NCBI GenBank assembly: GCA_000320545.1
Contig: ADNK01000041.1
Location: forward strand, 1 to 64,000
Direction: 5' to 3'
DNA length: 64,000 bases
DNA from: Bigelowiella natans CCMP2755
Taxonomy: Eukaryota > Protista > Cercozoa
The notes beneath the pieces were generated by a model. It saw only the letters and a list, made by a program, of their open reading frames with translations, was not told where the DNA came from and searched no databases. A program made the translations under genes and the position numbers. Positions 46,000-59,865 of this stretch are shown one piece after another. Position 1 is the first letter of the stretch; each line of letters begins with the position of its first letter.

Positions 46000-47805
46000 T
46001 TATCTTCTGCGAGCCTTTCTCCTTGCAGCTCCCCTTCTAGTGTTCCCACCCCGTCTGCTTCTTGAAGCACCCCCTCTTGCACGTGCGGCTCTCTTTTGTG
46101 GCTTTAGATTCGAGGCCATGAGCTTGTCCACATCCTTCCCCACCTGATAGATAAGATAATAAGTATATATAGATATGCAAGCAGGCGGGTCAGCATCATG
46201 GACGAAATCAGCGTTAATACTGCCCACCTTCGCCTCGACAGTAGCATCACGGATCCAACTCTTGCTCATGAAGTTTTTCTCTACCACTAGATCGAAATCA
46301 ACATGTCTAGCAATCGCGCGTTTCCGTCCCAGCTCTGCCTTTTTATTGCCCCGAAACTTCTTAAAGTTAAACAAGCCTCCCCCCCCCTTTTTTTTATCTT
46401 CTTCTTCTTCTTCTTCTTCTTCTTCTTCTTCTTGTCCCTTCTCCTTCGGGCACTCGGAGGAACCCGAAGGGTGTCGTTGGATGGCTGCACCGTGGCGAAC
46501 AATCAGCTGGTCCTCGTGAATAACATTGTTTCTGCGAGTGTAAATTTTGTGTAAAAAGAGATGTCAGATGAAGAATGAATGCCAAATTCTGAGCAAAGCA
46601 CTACAAACCAAGAGAGGGTTTACTTTACCGAGAATCTAGCTTTCGATCTTCAGTTTCATTCGGCTTTGACGAGGGTGCATCCTCAAGTTTCACTTGTCCA
46701 TTACTCCCCTCCTCCAATTTCATACCTGCTGCTGCTAATTCCGAATTGATGATCCTTTTTGACTTAAAATCCTCCTCAACAAAGTCAAAGATTATCTCGC
46801 TTATTCTTGGAATTCTGCGAACTAAATCTTTCCTTCGTTTTACGCTACATCGCAGCGACTCAATATTGACTTTTCCATCAGATTTCACGTTGTCTGCATT
46901 TTTCCTTTTTAGGCTTTTCCAATATTTACCCTCTGCTCCAACCCCAGCGACGTTTTCTTCGCCATCCCGGTTGTTGTTATTGTTGATGTTGTTGCTACTG
47001 CTCCTTCTAGGTTTGGCCACAGAGAGATTATCATCCACTGAGCCCTTGATACCATCAGCGAAGACCAAATCTTCTTTCTCCTTTTTCACTCTATCATTTC
47101 CCCTATCATTCATCACAACGACTTCGTCGGTCACTTCTTTCATTTCAATTTCATCATTCCTTTCCCAAACAGAGCCAGAAGCCTCTTCTCCTCCGTCTCC
47201 CCCTCGACGTCGTGTAGGATCCGTTGCGGATGCTGTTCCTCTGCGGGCGGCTCTACGACGCCTTTTATTATTAGTTCTGCCATGCCTTCTCGGCTCCACA
47301 CTTCTTTGAGAGTTGGTTTCTGCCCTAATGCTTTTCTCTCTTCCATTCTGGTCTTCTCCGTTGACATCGTCTAAGTTCCATTCTAATTTTGGCTGTTCGT
47401 CCTGTACCTTCTCCACCTCCTCCTCCTCCTCTTCCTCCTCCTTCTTCTCCTCGAAAAGGCCGGCGGAGGATTGGAGTGACAGCATTTCATGCAGCTCCTG
47501 TTCTTGCGTGTTCCTTTGCTGATTTGTACGACAACATAGATTGATATAATTAGAAGGACCGAAGTCTGTGGCAGCGCGGCTTTAACCCATGTTTAGTCAC
47601 GAAACTGACCTTCGTCGGTGCTTTGGGATTGAATAATAATGCCGAATCTTCGTTCAAATCCGAATCAGACGGGGGTCTGAAGATGCTCTTCTGATCGAAG
47701 AAATGCTCCTCTTTAATAGGAGTCCCAGAGAGAATAGCTGAGGGTGAAGGGAAATCATATATGGCGATCTCTACACACAAGGGTTAGACTTATGGTCTGG
47801 GCTTG

Positions 47806-47843
<38 letters not shown>

Positions 47844-49455
47844 ATACTACTACTACCGGAGGGAATGATGTTTGGAGGGTGAAAAGCAACATCGGCTATA
47901 GATTCCCATACGTCCGCTGGAAACAGCGATTTGAACGACTCCCCTGTATTGGTTATAACGAAACCAAATATTAGAACAGCATGCGGTGCGTCATCCCAAG
48001 TTTGCGAGCCCAACTTGGTTTTCCATCGTTGGGAGAGTGATTGATGACTGCGAAGGGCGGCACCGAGCTCCAGAATACCTGAGCCTGGGAGGGTGTAGAC
48101 GGATTTAGTCTGAGAGTCACTGCTTTTGAGCATACTACTACCTCCCCTCCTGTTAGAAGGTGCACTTTCGCTTTGGCACGACGAGCTAAGAAAACTCTGG
48201 TGTCTTTTTCGAACTGGTCCTGCGTACAGTTTAACCAGATGAACGCTCTGTCCTCAAAAAGAGACCCGCGGTATCGCCTTTGGAACTCCCCCTCTCTGCA
48301 GATCGATTACAGGAAAAGCAGTACTGATGAGGAGGCAAGAGTGCAGACTGATGAAGAAATAAGTGGTGTGTACTGGGATTGCGAAAAGCTCATTGCGGAA
48401 ACAGTGGGTCCCTCTGGTATGGGATGGTACATCTTGGCGTCCGAGGAGGGAATAGCTTGACCCAGTTTTGCGAAATCCTGTTGGAAAAACATGGTTTCAG
48501 ACCGAAGTAGGCTCTATCTGCGTTTAACTTTCGGAGCTCTTCGACCTCTAGCCATCGTAAATTGACGATCGGAACCCCTCCGACTAGCGCCATGAGAACC
48601 TGTGGAGACGCAGCTTAGTGGATGTTCGAAGTAAAATTCTCTTAAATTGGCACCTTGTGGGTGGGAATAAGCTTCGGTGTAATCAGATGCGTACATTCCT
48701 GAGCCCATGATTTTAGTATCTGAGCACCTAAAAGAAATTGGTGTGTGAAAACACGGCGACATAAAGACTCAATCAAGAATATAGAGCGGTACCTACGAAA
48801 CGCGCGCGGGTCTCGAGTGTCCTACGATCCTCAGTTGCAATTCTGCTGAAGCAGAAGACCAAGGGCTTCTTTTCCAATCTAAATTGTGTGCTTTTCTTTT
48901 TCACTCCGAAGGTAATGATATCTCCTTCTGCAACCTTTGTAAGTCGTACATTAAAATGGCAAAAGGTTAGCGTGCTCATCAGCTATGTTATCTTTTGAAG
49001 AAGACCTTGGTGGCCACACCCTTCTTCGCCCTTACTTCACCAACCCATGTTCCGTGCCGAGATCTACTCAGAATAATCATTAAAACTTCTCTCGTCATGA
49101 AAGCACGCGATCGACGACCTGTCCGTGAGCGTTACAGGCAGGTGCGGATCCACATAAGGGGAGTGAGGAAGTGCCAACTCAAATTCACAATGTTTTCGTG
49201 AGATTTTGTTGTCAGTCAGTCGCAGTGTCGACCCTAACAATGATTAAATCGAACAGTAAGTAGGGGAGAACACCCGGCTGTTGAGGTTTGCTCTCACCCT
49301 GATTCCGACCAACGGTCCTCGTGCTTCCTCCGAAGAGTAACACTGCGCGAAGAATTCAAGAGATTAGGACATATAAAAAGGATCTTTGCATCAAGATCAT
49401 ATCGAAACGTACACGGAGTTCCTCCCCCCTCGTCCATGGGAGCAAGAATCCACAT
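46000..49455 (-). CDS. NBS1: NBS1/nibrin (MRN complex): FHA + BRCT + C-terminal Mre11-binding motif
   Basis: MWILAP start; FHA motifs TVGR, ISRKHC, SRHGTWV, GDIITFG; BRCT CTHLI...VLMALVGGVPIVNLRWL; long charged low-complexity region; C-terminal FNFKKFR. Confidence 0.8.
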
Positions 49456-49697
49456 GCAGAGAGTTACGGGGGCAGGGCAAGCCCTTCCCGCGAAATTGTT
49501 GCTTTTTGATCGCTTCTTCTTCTTCTTCGAGTTGTGGTTTTTAGTTTCCCAATTCCCGAGAATTCCGTATCCTTTTCTGCATTGCGACAAGGAAATTATT
49601 CAGAACCAGGAGGAAAATAGCACTACCGCAAGATCCACGTGCCGACAATCCCCACCACCAACCACTACGAACGAAGGATTAACACTTCCGCAACTAC
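49456..49697. promoter_or_regulatory. Putative bidirectional promoter NBS1/Deg
   Basis: Divergent starts ~240 bp apart; aattcccgagaattccg. Confidence 0.55.
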
Positions 49698-50919
49698 ATG
49701 TGGGCTGGCCAAGCAGCTAAATCCCTTTTCGGACATCTGAGGCGACGTGGCCACGTTCTTCTCCAATCCAGGGCCTTGGTTGCAGCACCTGTCGGAGCGT
49801 TCGCGCTCGGGGCGGCGCTCTGGCAGTCGTGGTCCCCTTCAAACGCGGAGCCACATTATCCGGAAGAAAGGCGCACGGTGCAGCTCTTTAAAGACGCACG
49901 GAATTCAGTAGTATCCATCACAAACCTTTCAAAAGTTCCAAATTCCTTCTTCAGCGACGATGTGAAGGTAGAAGCCATAGGTGTCGGGAGCGGTTTCGTG
50001 TGGGACTCCTCGGGCCACGTGATAACGAATCACCACGTTGTGGAGAATAGTGTAGGAGTGCGAATTATGCTTCCTGATGGGGAGCAATGCCTCGGGAAAG
50101 TCGTGGGGGTTGATGAGGCGACTGATCTGGCGGTGATCCAAATTCCAGAATCCTGCTGCAACAAAGTGAAGCCAATAAAGTTCGATGAAAACCAGACCGT
50201 GGAAGTCGGTCAAAGCACGTATGCCATTGGGTATGTCACCACTAATACCTCCACAACCTTCCTCTCATCTGTGTGTCAAACACGATGGATGCATTTGTAG
50301 GTATCCTTTCGGGCTCGACCAGACCTTGACCGCAGGGTTGGTGAGCGGTGTTGGAAGACAGATGCCAGGCAAGCCACTAATCTTCGATGTCATTCAGACT
50401 GATGCGGCTGTGAACCCCGGGTCTTCCGGAGGGCCTCTTGTAGACTCTAAAGGTCAACTTATTGGGGTCAACGCTGCAATGCTCACAACGAATGGTGGAT
50501 CCTTCAGCGGCGTGGGCTATGCGATTCCTCATCAGCAGGTGAAAAAGGTGGTAGAGAGCCTAATAAAACACGGCCGCGTTATACGCCCAGCTCTCGGTAT
50601 CACGATCGCTCCAGAACGAGTCTTGGCGCACTTTGGAGAGAAAGGAGTCCTCGTTTTCGAAGTAATTCACGGCAAAGCTGCGTGGAGGGCAGGTCTGAAT
50701 CCAACATTCAAGCTCAGGGGGGGTGAAGTGCGGGTTGGGGACGCCATAGTAGCGATTGATGGACGGAAGATTGAGTCTTCGAAGGATCTCTTCATGACTT
50801 TAGACGATTTAAATGTCGGGGATAACATAACTGTTGGACTCAAGTCGTTTGACCACGCGAGCGGCAAGTTCAAGCATAGCAGGAATGTGAAGATTACTCT
50901 GCAAGCGAAGGAACAATAA
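49698..50919 (+). CDS. Deg/HtrA serine protease (trypsin domain + one PDZ), intron 50231-50300
   Basis: GSGFVWD, ITNHHVV (His), TDLAV (Asp), AIG/YPFGLDQTLTAG, IQTDAAVNPGSSGGPL (Ser); PDZ RPALGI...GDAIVAIDG. Confidence 0.93.
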
Positions 50920-51049
50920 TTTAATGATGCGGAAACTGGTTATGTATGTCTCATCATGTATGGCAATAGGAAGCGTAATTTCCAAGCCAAGGGGGAGCCT
51001 CAATTTCGCACAGCAACACAGCAATGCAATAGGCTACTCGGGTCAAACA

Positions 51050-51910
51050 CTGTAGCACTTTTTACAAGGATGTTGATCCTAGCACAAAATCTCACATTGT
51101 TAGTGCGCCAGCTCATATATACACATCTGATGCCATGTCTAGTAAGCTATCTAGCTAGTTGAATTGCCGATCGCATGTCTAGATATTGTGCCACGGCTAT
51201 ACGTGCACATCTGCATGTAAAGCGACTGTGCATTCTAGTACTACGTGTGCAAATGATTGAACGATGTATGGCACGGTACGTGCAATCATGTGTGTGTCAT
51301 AAGCAATGCTGATAGACGCTATTGTCTCGCGCGTGCATCATACATCTTATTGTCGTCACCTACAATTAGCACGTGGCCGTGCACATCGCTAGATCGCTGC
51401 ATGCTAGCGTTAGCGTACACTAGTACATAAGCGATGCCACCTTAGGATGACCATTAAAAATATTTAATCATATCCTTACATCCGTCCCATATAAGCGATA
51501 ACAAACATGGTCATTGCTCGTCACGTCTAGACGTTCACATCTACATGCATGAAGCGTGGCCACAGTGACTAACAACTTGTGCATTCATATGCACAATGTG
51601 AATGTTCGTACAGTCCAGCAGTCCATGTCTTAATGTGCTTAACAGAGATGTCTAGCTAGACGGATGTGTTCGTCGGCAAAAACCACTCACACCATGCTAG
51701 CATGTAAGCCATGCGATGTTACGCAATGAATTGCGCTTGTTGTGCTATAAAAACTAGAATTATCTTTATAGTTGTTTATAATTTTGTTTTTTCAAATAAT
51801 CTGTTTTCTGCATTTTGCACTAATAGACCATGCTAGCATGCATGCGTATCTAGGGGTGCTGTCTGATCCAATCAATTACCAATCCTTTGACTCATGTTAG
51901 CATGGTCAGC
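51050..51910. other. Convergent-gene spacer with CTAG/CATG/TGCA palindrome-rich composition
   Basis: CATGCTAGCATG at 51693-51704 and 51829-51840; a variant near 51893; CTAGCTAG at ~51151 and ~51652. Confidence 0.75.
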
Positions 51911-51920
51911 GGATCTGTCA

Positions 51921-54900
51921 TCATACTCCAAGTAAAGACTGACCTTCAATAAGTCTCCGTAGCCTAAGAGAGCGACCCGAAATTCTATCATTCTGCTCAT
52001 TTTCATGCTCATCATTCCTCACATAAGAATGGTCGTTCTTTTTTCTTCCTACTTTTGCACCTGGCTTCTTCGTATCCTTTGCGTCTCCATTCCACGCATT
52101 TACGTCTATACCGTGAAGGGAGAGTCGTTTTTGCTTCTTTGGAGGAGCCAGGTGTGGGGAAGAATAAGGCAACGTCGTTTGGTTTAGCTGGCGATTGACC
52201 GCAAGAATGGCTTCAGGTATCGCCGGCCAATACATGCACCGATCTTGCCACGGTATCAGAATTGACGTCAGAAGGGACCTGAGGGCCTCAATGACTTTTG
52301 AGACTGAAGCAGAGAGAGGCACCATTTTCGACGATGCCTTCGTGGTGGCAAAGGTCATCGAGGACATCTTGCCGAATAGAAAGCTCTCTAGTTGGCCCAG
52401 CTTATCGGCGATAGGCGAAGACCCTGGGGGTTTTGTCTTAGGATGAGGAGAATGGCCTCGCTGCGTATCAACACGCGCATTCCAGCCATTATGAGAAGAA
52501 ATGGGCGATAGCGTTGTCCTCATCTCTTCATCCTGCCGGCTCATCATCAAAAAATGCCCCCTGCGCATTAGAGCGCCACGAATCAAAGTGAGATGCCTAA
52601 TCTGCGATTGAGACATGTTCCGCCCGGAGTAGTGCTTCCCCGTCTTCACCATAGCGCCAATTAGGTTGTTAACAGCTCTTACACCAACCCTCGTTCTGAC
52701 AAGGAGCTTGTCCCGCATCACCATCATCATCCTCTTCCGGTGTCCATCACCGTCGCCGGCATCATCAGTCGCCGTGAGGGGCCTCTCTTTCCTCGTTTCT
52801 ACAAAGGGCAAGGAATCCGCAGCTTCTAACATCCGCCGGAAGTAGGCTGCTTTGCCTTTTATCATTACCACAGACTCGTTGCTGCTCGTGATAGCTTCCT
52901 CTTGTTGCTGGCGAGAAATCTGAACCATGTCTATTGCAGAGACTTTGGTAGATTCTTCCACCTGATTCTGGAGCCACTCCAGCAGTGATCGAGGTAGTGA
53001 ATTAAGGACTTGACGAATGGCATTGCTCTGGGTGCTGTCGTCGTCATTTCCACGATCGTCATCATCGTCGTCACTATCACATTCCTGGCCTACTATCCCC
53101 TCCTTCTTCCTCCTTCCTCCGCCCCTCTTTCTTAGACGACACAGGCGAGAGAGAAATGCTTCCGCCTGCTTGGTCGAAATCGCCCGCCATTCTTCTAGGA
53201 GCCCCAAAGGAACGCAGGAACGCGCGGCAGCCGCGAGGGTCATTTCGTCCACGAATAAGGCTTGATTGCTACTCTCTCGGCCGCCGTAATGGCGGCGGTG
53301 CTCGCGATGATGGTCGTTACGAGAAAGCTCACGATAAAGGGAGAGAGCCTCGCGCCATTCATGATTGCGTTCCCGCATCTGTACCATGACCCCGAGCAAG
53401 TGTGCAGAAGACGAGGATGACGATGACTTCAACAGCGCCTCGGTCGCAGAGGGCCCCCGGCCATTCCTTTGCTGTTGCTGGACCTTGTCAAATAACATAA
53501 GCGCTGCCTCCCAATTGCCTGTGTGCGAATGTGCCTTGATGGCGTATGCAAGCGCGCCCGGGGCAAGGGGGATATGCTTCGCTTCCATGTCGTCGAGGAG
53601 CTTCACCGCGGCCGCCCAGCGATGTAGATTTACCAAAGCCTTGGTGATGGACGCATAGATCCGCGTATCTGGCAGCACGGCTCTCGAGTCCATTCGTCGC
53701 ACCAACCCCATCATAGCGTTCCAAGCATGCCCGGCTTCGAGAGCCTCCATTAAGGCACGAAACGTGTAGACCGTCGGCTTTAGCTGCTTTTGCATCATAC
53801 TCTCGAAGAGTGCCTGCGCTCGCATCCAAGCGTGTTGGCCCCTTTCTCTAGTGCTGGTGGCTTTTTTGTGGGTGGTGGGGAGAGGTGCGTATGAGAGCGC
53901 GCGAATCCCGTCTGTGAATGAGATGGAGTCGTGGCGAATCAACTTCTTTTCCATTCCTTCAAAGAGCGCAAAGGCGCGCTTCCACTGATGACTGTTACTT
54001 AGCGTGTTCATCATCGTACTGTACGTGACCTGCGTCTGACGTAATCCGCCTTCGCGTGGCATGTCGTAGTTGAAGAAGCGATACGCCATTTCCCACTCAC
54101 CCGCACGCGAGGCAGTCTTCATCAGAATGTTGAAGCTATTATGCCGTAATGAAACAACCACGCCACCGAACACACGAGTGAGTCAACAATTGTAGCAATG
54201 TGGATCAAGGAAGGAGGGACGGGAGGAGAAAGCATGGTACAAAAGCAAATTTCGATGTCTCAATACGAAGAATAGAACTTGTCACCTATAGTCCGTGACT
54301 GCGATGCGTTTCGCTCGCATCTCGTCCACGAGTTCCAGCGCACGTAGCCATTCTCCCTTCCGCTCACACCCAGCCAGCAGTGCATTATACGTGAACGAAT
54401 TGGCCCGAATTGAGCGTTCCATCATCCTCGAAAGAACATGTATAGCGGCTTCCATCCTTCCCTGGCGAGAGATGCTTGAAATGAGTCGCGTAAATTGCTG
54501 TGGAGTCGAGGCGGTCTGCTGGCGCGAAATCTCATAGGGTGTTAACCTCCCGTCATCTATTGTTAGGATGCGATTGATCTCGTCTCGAGCACTACCGCCG
54601 GCAACATCCTTGCCCCCAACTGCAGCACCGGCGATAGCTCCATTTGAGGCAAGTACCGCTCCTTCAATTAACTCCAACTTTTCCGGCTTGAGGCTGATTA
54701 CTTCCAGCCTTCTGTCACCCGTTCTCCCACTACTTCCGCGCCCATTGACGTGAACACGGATTCGACCGTCGGACAATACTCCGAGCACTTTACCAAACAT
54801 TCCATTGAGTCGCTTGAACCTCTTCAGACCGCACAGGCGAACCATTGCCCCAGGACGCGTCATCGCCTCCGAGCTTTCAAATTCGCCAGCACTGCCATCT

Positions 54901-55409
54901 TTGACACCATCCTCACTTTTCAATACCCCCCCAATCTTGGACCCAAATCTGAGAAGCTTGTCGCTGTTGTCTCGGCGACTGGAATCGTTCATCGCAGCCT
55001 CAATCTCGTGGAAATCGCCAACACCGAGTTCCTCCTCCTCCATGAGTTTCGCTGTTCTATTGGCAAGTGAAGCAAAGCTATCTTCGTCCCTTTCTATTTT
55101 CTTCTTGACCTTTCTTGCCTGCGAGGCAGCAAGTATGTTATCTTGGGAGGAGGTGACCAGCTTTCGCAGCGCATCATCCTCGTAGTCAGTCTCATCACTC
55201 TCGATATATCGGGTGGCAGAAGCGAGATGAGGAGCATTTGCCAGAGAGATGACTATGATGAAACTGCAGGAAAACGATAAAATGGAATCAGAAAGGTGAT
55301 CGATCAGTGGTCGATTCGAGACCGAATTCTGCCAGACCTTATCAAAGGAGCTCTGAACATTGGAAGCTTCATAGGCCCCCTTCCTGGCATGTCCAGCTCC
55401 ACGCATCAT
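51921..55409 (-). CDS. Pentatricopeptide-repeat (PPR) protein, intron 54285-54136
   Basis: 35-aa repeats such as FTYNALLAGCERKGEWLRALELVDEMRAKRI, VTYSTMMNTLSNSHQWKRAFALFEGME, YTFRALMEALEAGHAWNAMMGLVRRMDSRAVLPD; hydrophobic segment near the N-terminus. Start is tentative. Confidence 0.88.
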
Positions 55410-55868
55410 AGCCACCCGTCGAACAAAGCCTGCACACGTCCTCTCCAGAGGTATCCTCGCATGAGAATCGGGCAGAGCAGAGCCACGAGACGCGTGGGGA
55501 ACCCTAGCTGTAAAGAAAAACAGAATTGGTCGCAAATTCAAACAAGAAATATCTAAAATTATACTTAGGATAAAGCTTTATCCCATCGGACTGCCCGTTT
55601 CAGAGCGCAAAACGAAATTTGCATAGAATATTTCTCCAATGTTAAGATATTTTCCGCTTAGAAATAGGCCTGATGTGGATAGAGCACCATCCCCCGAAGC
55701 TCGAAGGTCGTTCTCTCGTTCTCGAAAATTCCGAAAATACCCTATTAAATGATTAATTGAGTTTTTTTTAGATGTCGTACTATTCTTACCACATATATTT
55801 TTCCTAGAATAGAATTCTCAGGAAAGTTGCATAATCTGAATAGAACAGAATAAGGGTCTCCAGACACG
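55410..55868. promoter_or_regulatory. Putative bidirectional promoter PPR/PPP1R11
   Basis: Divergent starts ~460 bp apart; tcgaaaattccgaaaat. Confidence 0.5.
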
Positions 55869-56344
55869 ATGGCTACGACCGCCTCTCGTTCTTCCCAATC
55901 CTGCTCCGGTGGATCCCAGGTTCTAACAACACATCCTTCCGCGCAGTCCATAACTACTCGACTAGTCCATAAGCTGCATCCTAAAGACAGCGGCAGCAAT
56001 GACAAGAAGGAGAGGAAGGTAAAAGGTATTTACAAGACACCTGGGGCTTTCGAGAAGGCAAAGGAGGAAAATGGGGGCAAGCAAGACAAGGGCATTGAAT
56101 GGACAAAGGACACTGTGGACAATGAGTTTCTGAATAAAAAGAGCTCCAAAAGTACGTTTATCAAACTTATGAGGACTACATATAATTTCTATATCTTTTA
56201 GGCTGCTGCATTTATCACAAGCCACGCCGCTTTGATGAGAGCGACAGTGATGAAAGCGACTACGAAAAGCCTCAGACATACAATCCTAACCAACCTCGCA
56301 GGTTATCAAATAGTCGTCACTGTTTGCATTATTCTGAGAGTTGA
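55869..56344 (+). CDS. PPP1R11: Protein phosphatase 1 inhibitor-3 (PPP1R11/Ypi1), intron 56152-56201
   Basis: [40 protein letters not shown]. The 3' end may have one more intron (stop then ~56363). Confidence 0.9.
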
Positions 56345-56628
56345 ATTTTGCAGCATAAAGTGAACCTCGATGAATCCAAGTTCCTCGCTCGAAGCCCCAT
56401 TCAAGAGGAATCTTGCAGGGAATGGTGTTATGGATCACCTGCACCAGTCTCTCATCTACTTAGTAAAATGAAAGTTATAAAATGTTTAGCGAAGGAGATT
56501 CATAAACTGCAAGTCAGAAGTCTAGCAACTGCCATGATGACGTACTGCTGCTGTTCCTAGCTTGGCCGATGGTTGCAACCTGACTTAGATTTCATGCTGC
56601 AGCAACATAGTATTTGCTCGCAATAGAC

Positions 56629-56675
<47 letters not shown>

Positions 56676-56783
56676 ATTGTTATATACGTCAAAATATATA
56701 TAAACAAATGTACGAATAATATCATATACGCGTATACATGCATGTGCATTGCAGCACATATACTAGAGATGTTCTGTTTTTTT

Positions 56784-56878
56784 AGCGCATCGCAGGCTTC
56801 ACATGAGACGGATGTAATGAAATGATTGCATTTCAATCATACCTAATGTATCTATGCAGAGCGGCGGCTACAGTGCTT
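56784..56878 (+). repeat. Dispersed ~100-bp element, copy 2
   Basis: Exact ATGAGACGGATGTAATGA at 56803-56820; flanks AGCGCAT..AGGCT, TTTCAAT and GCTACAG.GCT are shared with copy 1. Confidence 0.7.
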
Positions 56879-57479
56879 TATATATAGGCAAAGCTACGAT
56901 TCGAGCTGTGTGCGCCTGACGCTCTTTAGCTCTGCTAGAGTAAGTTAACTCTGTACAGGTCGAGAATCTCTAGATGATGCTTATATGCATGCATGATCTT
57001 ATGCTATTAAGACTAGCACTTGTACGTGTGATTGTGATGTTCTTGATGACGCACTGATATACTGACACCACTATCTAGCTAGGTAGACTGCGTGCAGCGC
57101 AGAGTAGGATGCGATAGGAGATGCTAGGATGGGCGGAGTGCTTATCTAGCTTTGCGCGCACGTTTAGACATAGCTAGAAAGTGCTGCGTACTCATCTAGT
57201 CCTGCTACTATTGTTGCTAGAAATGCTATCTATGATTCTGCTCGCTCTGCGCATAGCAAGAGGATAAAATGCATTACGCTGACCGCGCACACGCTAGCTT
57301 GGTTAGTTGATCAAGATCCAGGGATGGATGCATACAATGTTGTATAGTCGGGTTGCATACATCTAGAATGACATCAGACATCGTGGCGGGTAGCTTGGAT
57401 GGTATCTGTACCATTGTTACTTTAATTCACCTTTTGCCTCAGGCTATGAACACCTGCATGCGCTCTGAGCACGAAGACA

Positions 57480-57737
57480 CTAGGGCGACTCCGCCGAACT
57501 CGCGGTGGTTTCCGTCGTGCGCATTTTGGATTCACTTTCTAGGATCTCCGAAGGCGATCGAGGCTATTATTGCAAAAAATCATCCTGCTTAAACACGACT
57601 TCAAAGCGCGAAAAAAGAAGAGGAGTGCGATAGAGATCGTAAGAAGTGACTTACGGAGGATGGGGTCTGGTTGCCCTTAAACTCTGGTATTGGAATGCCA
57701 CTCTGTGAACAGCCACACAGGGATATACTCACACACA

Positions 57738-57774
<37 letters not shown>

Positions 57775-59344
57775 TCACTTTAGTAGCATTCTACAGCCCC
57801 CCTTGTGAAGATCCCCCCCCCCCTCCTCCCCTAATTCCACATCTTAAACTCATTACTCAAACCTGACGGAGTGTGTCTCCCATCTTCATTGTTAATAAAT
57901 GCACCTACAATCACACGTGAATCTATATAAACGCGTGTTTTCCCGTGCGATGAGTATTGTGCTTCAATGCGTGTAAAGTCACAGCACATATGCCATCTCG
58001 AGTGGTGGTCAAGGTGTTTGGATTTAACGAACCAGTTTGCTGGAGTATTTTTCCAACGCCTGCTCCATTGCGCCATTCACAACACTGGAAATATCCTGTA
58101 ATTTGGTAGACTTTATGCTTTGTATCTAGGCTGATAACTCACTTTTCAGTGCATGATGTTGCTTCTAGTGACTGGTCTTTTATCTCTCTCTCTCTCTCTC
58201 TCTCTCTTCTCCGTATGTGCATACGTGCATGCGCGTGTATTGTTGTAGGCTTATGTTGATTGATGTTTGTATGCATTTAAACGATTTTTCTGACGGTCGC
58301 CACGTGAGACTCCCCCCACTCACCGCTGCGTTGAGGTCACTCGTAGCCGTTGCTATCGAGGCTGAGGATGATCCAACAGGCTGCTGCCCATGCGATGATG
58401 ATGAATATCACAGATGAAAATCCCCAAAACTCAGGATATAATTACCGCATTGACCAAGTTGCACATTAGGATTTATAGCATTATAGCAAATAGTGAATAC
58501 ATCATCATGTTGTTACCGATGAGGCCAATGTGGACCGGCGTGTCAACTTATCTGGCGCGACGGTGGTTTGCAGTAGATCGAGCATGCCTCCCAGCTCATT
58601 CTCTATTGCTATGCCTGTCGTTTGTGGTGTTGGTTTTTTGGCGCATACACGTAGACGTACTCACACGTACTTACATGCATGTGTACAGAGAGATTGAAAG
58701 AGAGAGAGAGAGAACAATGAAAATTCTGCAACGCATGAAGTATTCTCACCTTCAAGTCGCCGAGACGATGGCGTACTTATCTGAGAACACAATAATACAG
58801 ATCTCATTGCCTTCCTGGTGGATGCACACAAGCAACTCTTTCCCCCCCCCTGCTTGTGCCAAAGTCCAGGAAGACAGCATTGCACTTTTCCGTGTGATTT
58901 GGTTGTGAGGAGTAAGTGATGGTGACAGTTGTTTCTTAACCTTCGAGTCGTTACTCGAGAGGCTTTCCGTACGGGGGGTAGAGACAGCGTTAGACTGAGG
59001 AGAATACTTGACACAAGAATCACACGAGGGTTAAATTTATATATTATATATGTGTGTGTTTGTATGTGTGTATGTGCTGCCCGTTAAAGCATATATTAAT
59101 TATTCCTCCCTCCGTTGGCAGTGTGCAGCCAAAAAGAGAAAGACCGATGATCTTCTGTCCTGTGGCCGCTGTACAAGACAGAAACCACCCGCGTTGGAGG
59201 GCATTGTGCGCATTGCCGTGAATTTTGCCGCACACTTCTGCTAAGTAGCAGCGTCCTACCGACTTGTGTCGTCGTCTATGACTAAGTGAAAGGTGATCGC
59301 AGCGCTATTTTTGTTCGGACATAAAGCTGCATGCTCGCCCCTAT

Positions 59345-59377
<33 letters not shown>

Positions 59378-59832
59378 CTCTCTGCCAAGAATCGGCGTCG
59401 GCTGAATGGTGCTCCCAGATTGCACGGTCACCGTGGAAACGCTGTAAGTAAGTAATTAAGTGTGTGTTCGTGAGTGTCTTCAGAGTGATTAGACAAGAGG
59501 GAGAGAGCGCATATGAAGAGCATTTTCCCAGTGTGCTAGTACGCTAATGGTGCGTGTGTTTGGTAGATTCTCCAATAATGAGCGCTTCTGGTAGTGTTGA
59601 TCGATGATCCAACTACTCCTACTACTACTACTACTACTACTACTACTCTACTTCTACTACTTCTTAGACAGGTGGGGTGTGGGTATATCTTTAGGAATAT
59701 TGGCCCCTGAGCCGGTTTGAGCAGTAGCAATGTTTGCCACGGAGTTCTTTTATGGTGACGCACAAAACACATACGCACATATCATATACGTGTGGGTTCA
59801 CCATACAGGGAGAGGGGGAAGGAGGGGGGGGG

Positions 59833-59865
<33 letters not shown>

